DNA from: Microgenomates group bacterium
GTDB lineage: Bacteria > Patescibacteriota > Microgenomatia > Daviesbacterales > UBA10151
Length of the DNA: 64,000 nucleotides
Assembly (NCBI GenBank): GCA_041659805.1
Contig: JBAZXP010000001.1
Coordinates: forward strand, 966,841 to 1,030,840
Direction: 5' to 3'
Part shown: in pieces, positions 62,696-64,000 of the stretch
Layout: the number at the start of each line of letters is the position of its first letter
Numbering within the stretch: the stretch's first letter is position 1
Notes under the pieces: generated by a model
Told to the model about the DNA's origin: nothing
The model's input: only the letters and a program-made list of their open reading frames with translations
Databases searched by the model: none
Translations under genes and position numbers: made by a program

Positions 62696-63346
62696 CTAAA
62701 ATCTTCCGCCAAATGTAATGCACTTCAATTTAGTCTCATCAATAACTTGTGAAAGATTGGGTATGGTTAGAACTTCTCCAAGATTTTTAGCTAAATATTC
62801 ACACTCTTTTCCAGCAGCCTTTATCCACCTATGATACCTAGCTTCTGGTGGCTCTTCCAATAAACCCCATGTATACCCACACAAAGCTACTCTTCCTTCT
62901 CCAATATCAATCTGAGTATGCGACATTACAGAATAATATTGTATGCTTGAGTTTTTTACTGGAATATCCAATAAACCAAATAACGGCTCTTTCTTTTGGG
63001 TTACCTCACGAAGATCCTGCAAAACTTCTTTTTCCAACTCAAAATCTAACCAAAAGCTATACCATAAATCTCTCTTTGTTTTATTCATGTATTCCCAACG
63101 AGCTCGAGATTCCGTTGGATCTAAAGCTTTGCCTAAATCTCTAGCCGGATAAGCTAAAAATGAATGTACATCGTAAGGATACAAACTTAAGCAACCTTTG
63201 CAGCCAATTTCATCAATATAGAAGTCCTTCTGAGTAATTTGGCGATCTGCACCTTCACTATCCATCCTTGTTCTGTATCTTGTAGGAAGTTGTGACAATT
63301 TCACAGATTCTCCTAAACCAACTGGTCTTCTAATTATTTGTTCCAT
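62696..63346 (-). CDS. hypothetical protein
   Basis: 216-aa ORF; no motif. Confidence 0.35.
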   Translation of the reverse strand: MEQIIRRPVGLGESVKLSQLPTRYRTRMDSEGADRQITQKDFYIDEIGCKGCLSLYPYDVHSFLAYPARDLGKALDPTESRARWEYMNKTKRDLWYSFWLDFELEKEVLQDLREVTQKKEPLFGLLDIPVKNSSIQYYSVMSHTQIDIGEGRVALCGYTWGLLEEPPEARYHRWIKAAGKECEYLAKNLGEVLTIPNLSQVIDETKLKCITFGGRF

Positions 63347-63397
63347 AAATTGTTATATATAAAATAATTTGTGAAATTATACCAGAAAAATATAAAT

Positions 63398-64000
63398 TTA
63401 GTGAGGTTTTGAGGTTAAGCGTTTAAGGGCAATAATATAAGCTGCTGTTCTAAGATCTACTTTTTCTGATTTATGTGTTGCCCAAACATCATCGAAAGCT
63501 TTAACCATTTTTTCTTTTAATTTAGTTCTGACTTTTTCTAAAGCCCATTTTTCTTTATGAATATTTTGATACCATTCAAAATAAGAAACCGTCACTCCTC
63601 CTGCATTAGCTAAAACATCTGGCACCACAATTATTCCTTTTTTATTTAATATTTCATCAGCTTCTGCTGTTGTAGGACCATTTGCCATTTCAAAAATTAT
63701 TTTGGCATTGATTTTTTTGGCATTTTTACCTGTTATGACTCCTTCAAGCGCTGCAGGAATTAAAATATCTACAGGTAACTCTAAAAGTTCTTCATTGGAA
63801 ATAAAACAGCCTTTTTTGGCAATTTCACAAACATCTCCCTGACAGTAACAATTTCGCAAAGATCCTGTGTCTTTTTTACATTTTTTGACACTTTCAACAT
63901 TAAATCCTAAATTGTTTGGTTCATAAATTCCACCTTTTGAATCTGAAAGTGCTATAACGTTATATCCATTTTGGAAACAAAGGTCTGCTAAAAATGAACC
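63398..64000 (-). CDS. gdhA: Glu/Leu/Phe/Val dehydrogenase family (glutamate dehydrogenase), C-terminal part; 5' end beyond window
   Basis: NAD(P)-binding domain ...YNVIALSDSKGGIYEPNNLGF...DILIPAALEG...NGPTTAEADEIL...ANAGGVTVSYFEW; the in-frame ORF continues to the window edge. Confidence 0.7.
   Translation of the reverse strand, partial: GSFLADLCFQNGYNVIALSDSKGGIYEPNNLGFNVESVKKCKKDTGSLRNCYCQGDVCEIAKKGCFISNEELLELPVDILIPAALEGVITGKNAKKINAKIIFEMANGPTTAEADEILNKKGIIVVPDVLANAGGVTVSYFEWYQNIHKEKWALEKVRTKLKEKMVKAFDDVWATHKSEKVDLRTAAYIIALKRLTSKPH

Overview
The window is AT-rich (about 35% GC) and uses the standard genetic code; gene content looks like a reduced-genome bacterium, possibly of the CPR/Patescibacteria type (inference only). 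Layout: (1) 1-7.7 kb holds an accessory-looking stretch of hypothetical proteins, a DUF4258/DUF2283 toxin-antitoxin-like pair, an alpha/beta hydrolase, and intergenic sequence dense with perfect hairpins and a thrice-repeated ~26-bp motif. (2) 7.7-17.8 kb holds a minus-strand locus that is the strongest candidate for something undescribed: a HExxH-coiled-coil-vWA protein, a 1124-aa coiled-coil protein ending in a MoxR-type AAA+ domain, a J-domain fused to a catalytically dead kinase-like domain, a second vWA protein, a divergent adenylosuccinate-synthetase (PurA) homologue and a small HIT-like protein. (3) 19-30 kb holds a complete NAD salvage super-operon (pnuC-nadR-pncB-nadE-nadM/Nudix-nadK-pncA), an NrtR-like Nudix regulator and prs. 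The promoters of the NAD operon and of the J-pseudokinase operon carry the same three tandem AGTGT-N7-ACAC(T) palindromes in 22-23 bp phasing, overlapping a TTGACA -35. (4) 30.9-42 kb holds a DEAD-box helicase, a second Prs-like protein and a type IV pilus operon (PilB, PilC, at least five pilins/pseudopilins, a 612-aa pilin-like protein, two paralogous assembly proteins). (5) 42-51.8 kb is a signalling island: two PAS sensor histidine kinases, three stand-alone receivers, HAMP-only, PAS-only and CZB proteins. (6) 51.8-64 kb holds FKBP, an MFS transporter, purM and purD each broken by a single-base homopolymer frameshift, TspO, a sugar nucleotidyltransferase, DUF2207, DgkA, PAP2 and a partial glutamate dehydrogenase. 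No rRNA, tRNA, CRISPR array or recognisable transposase/integrase was found.
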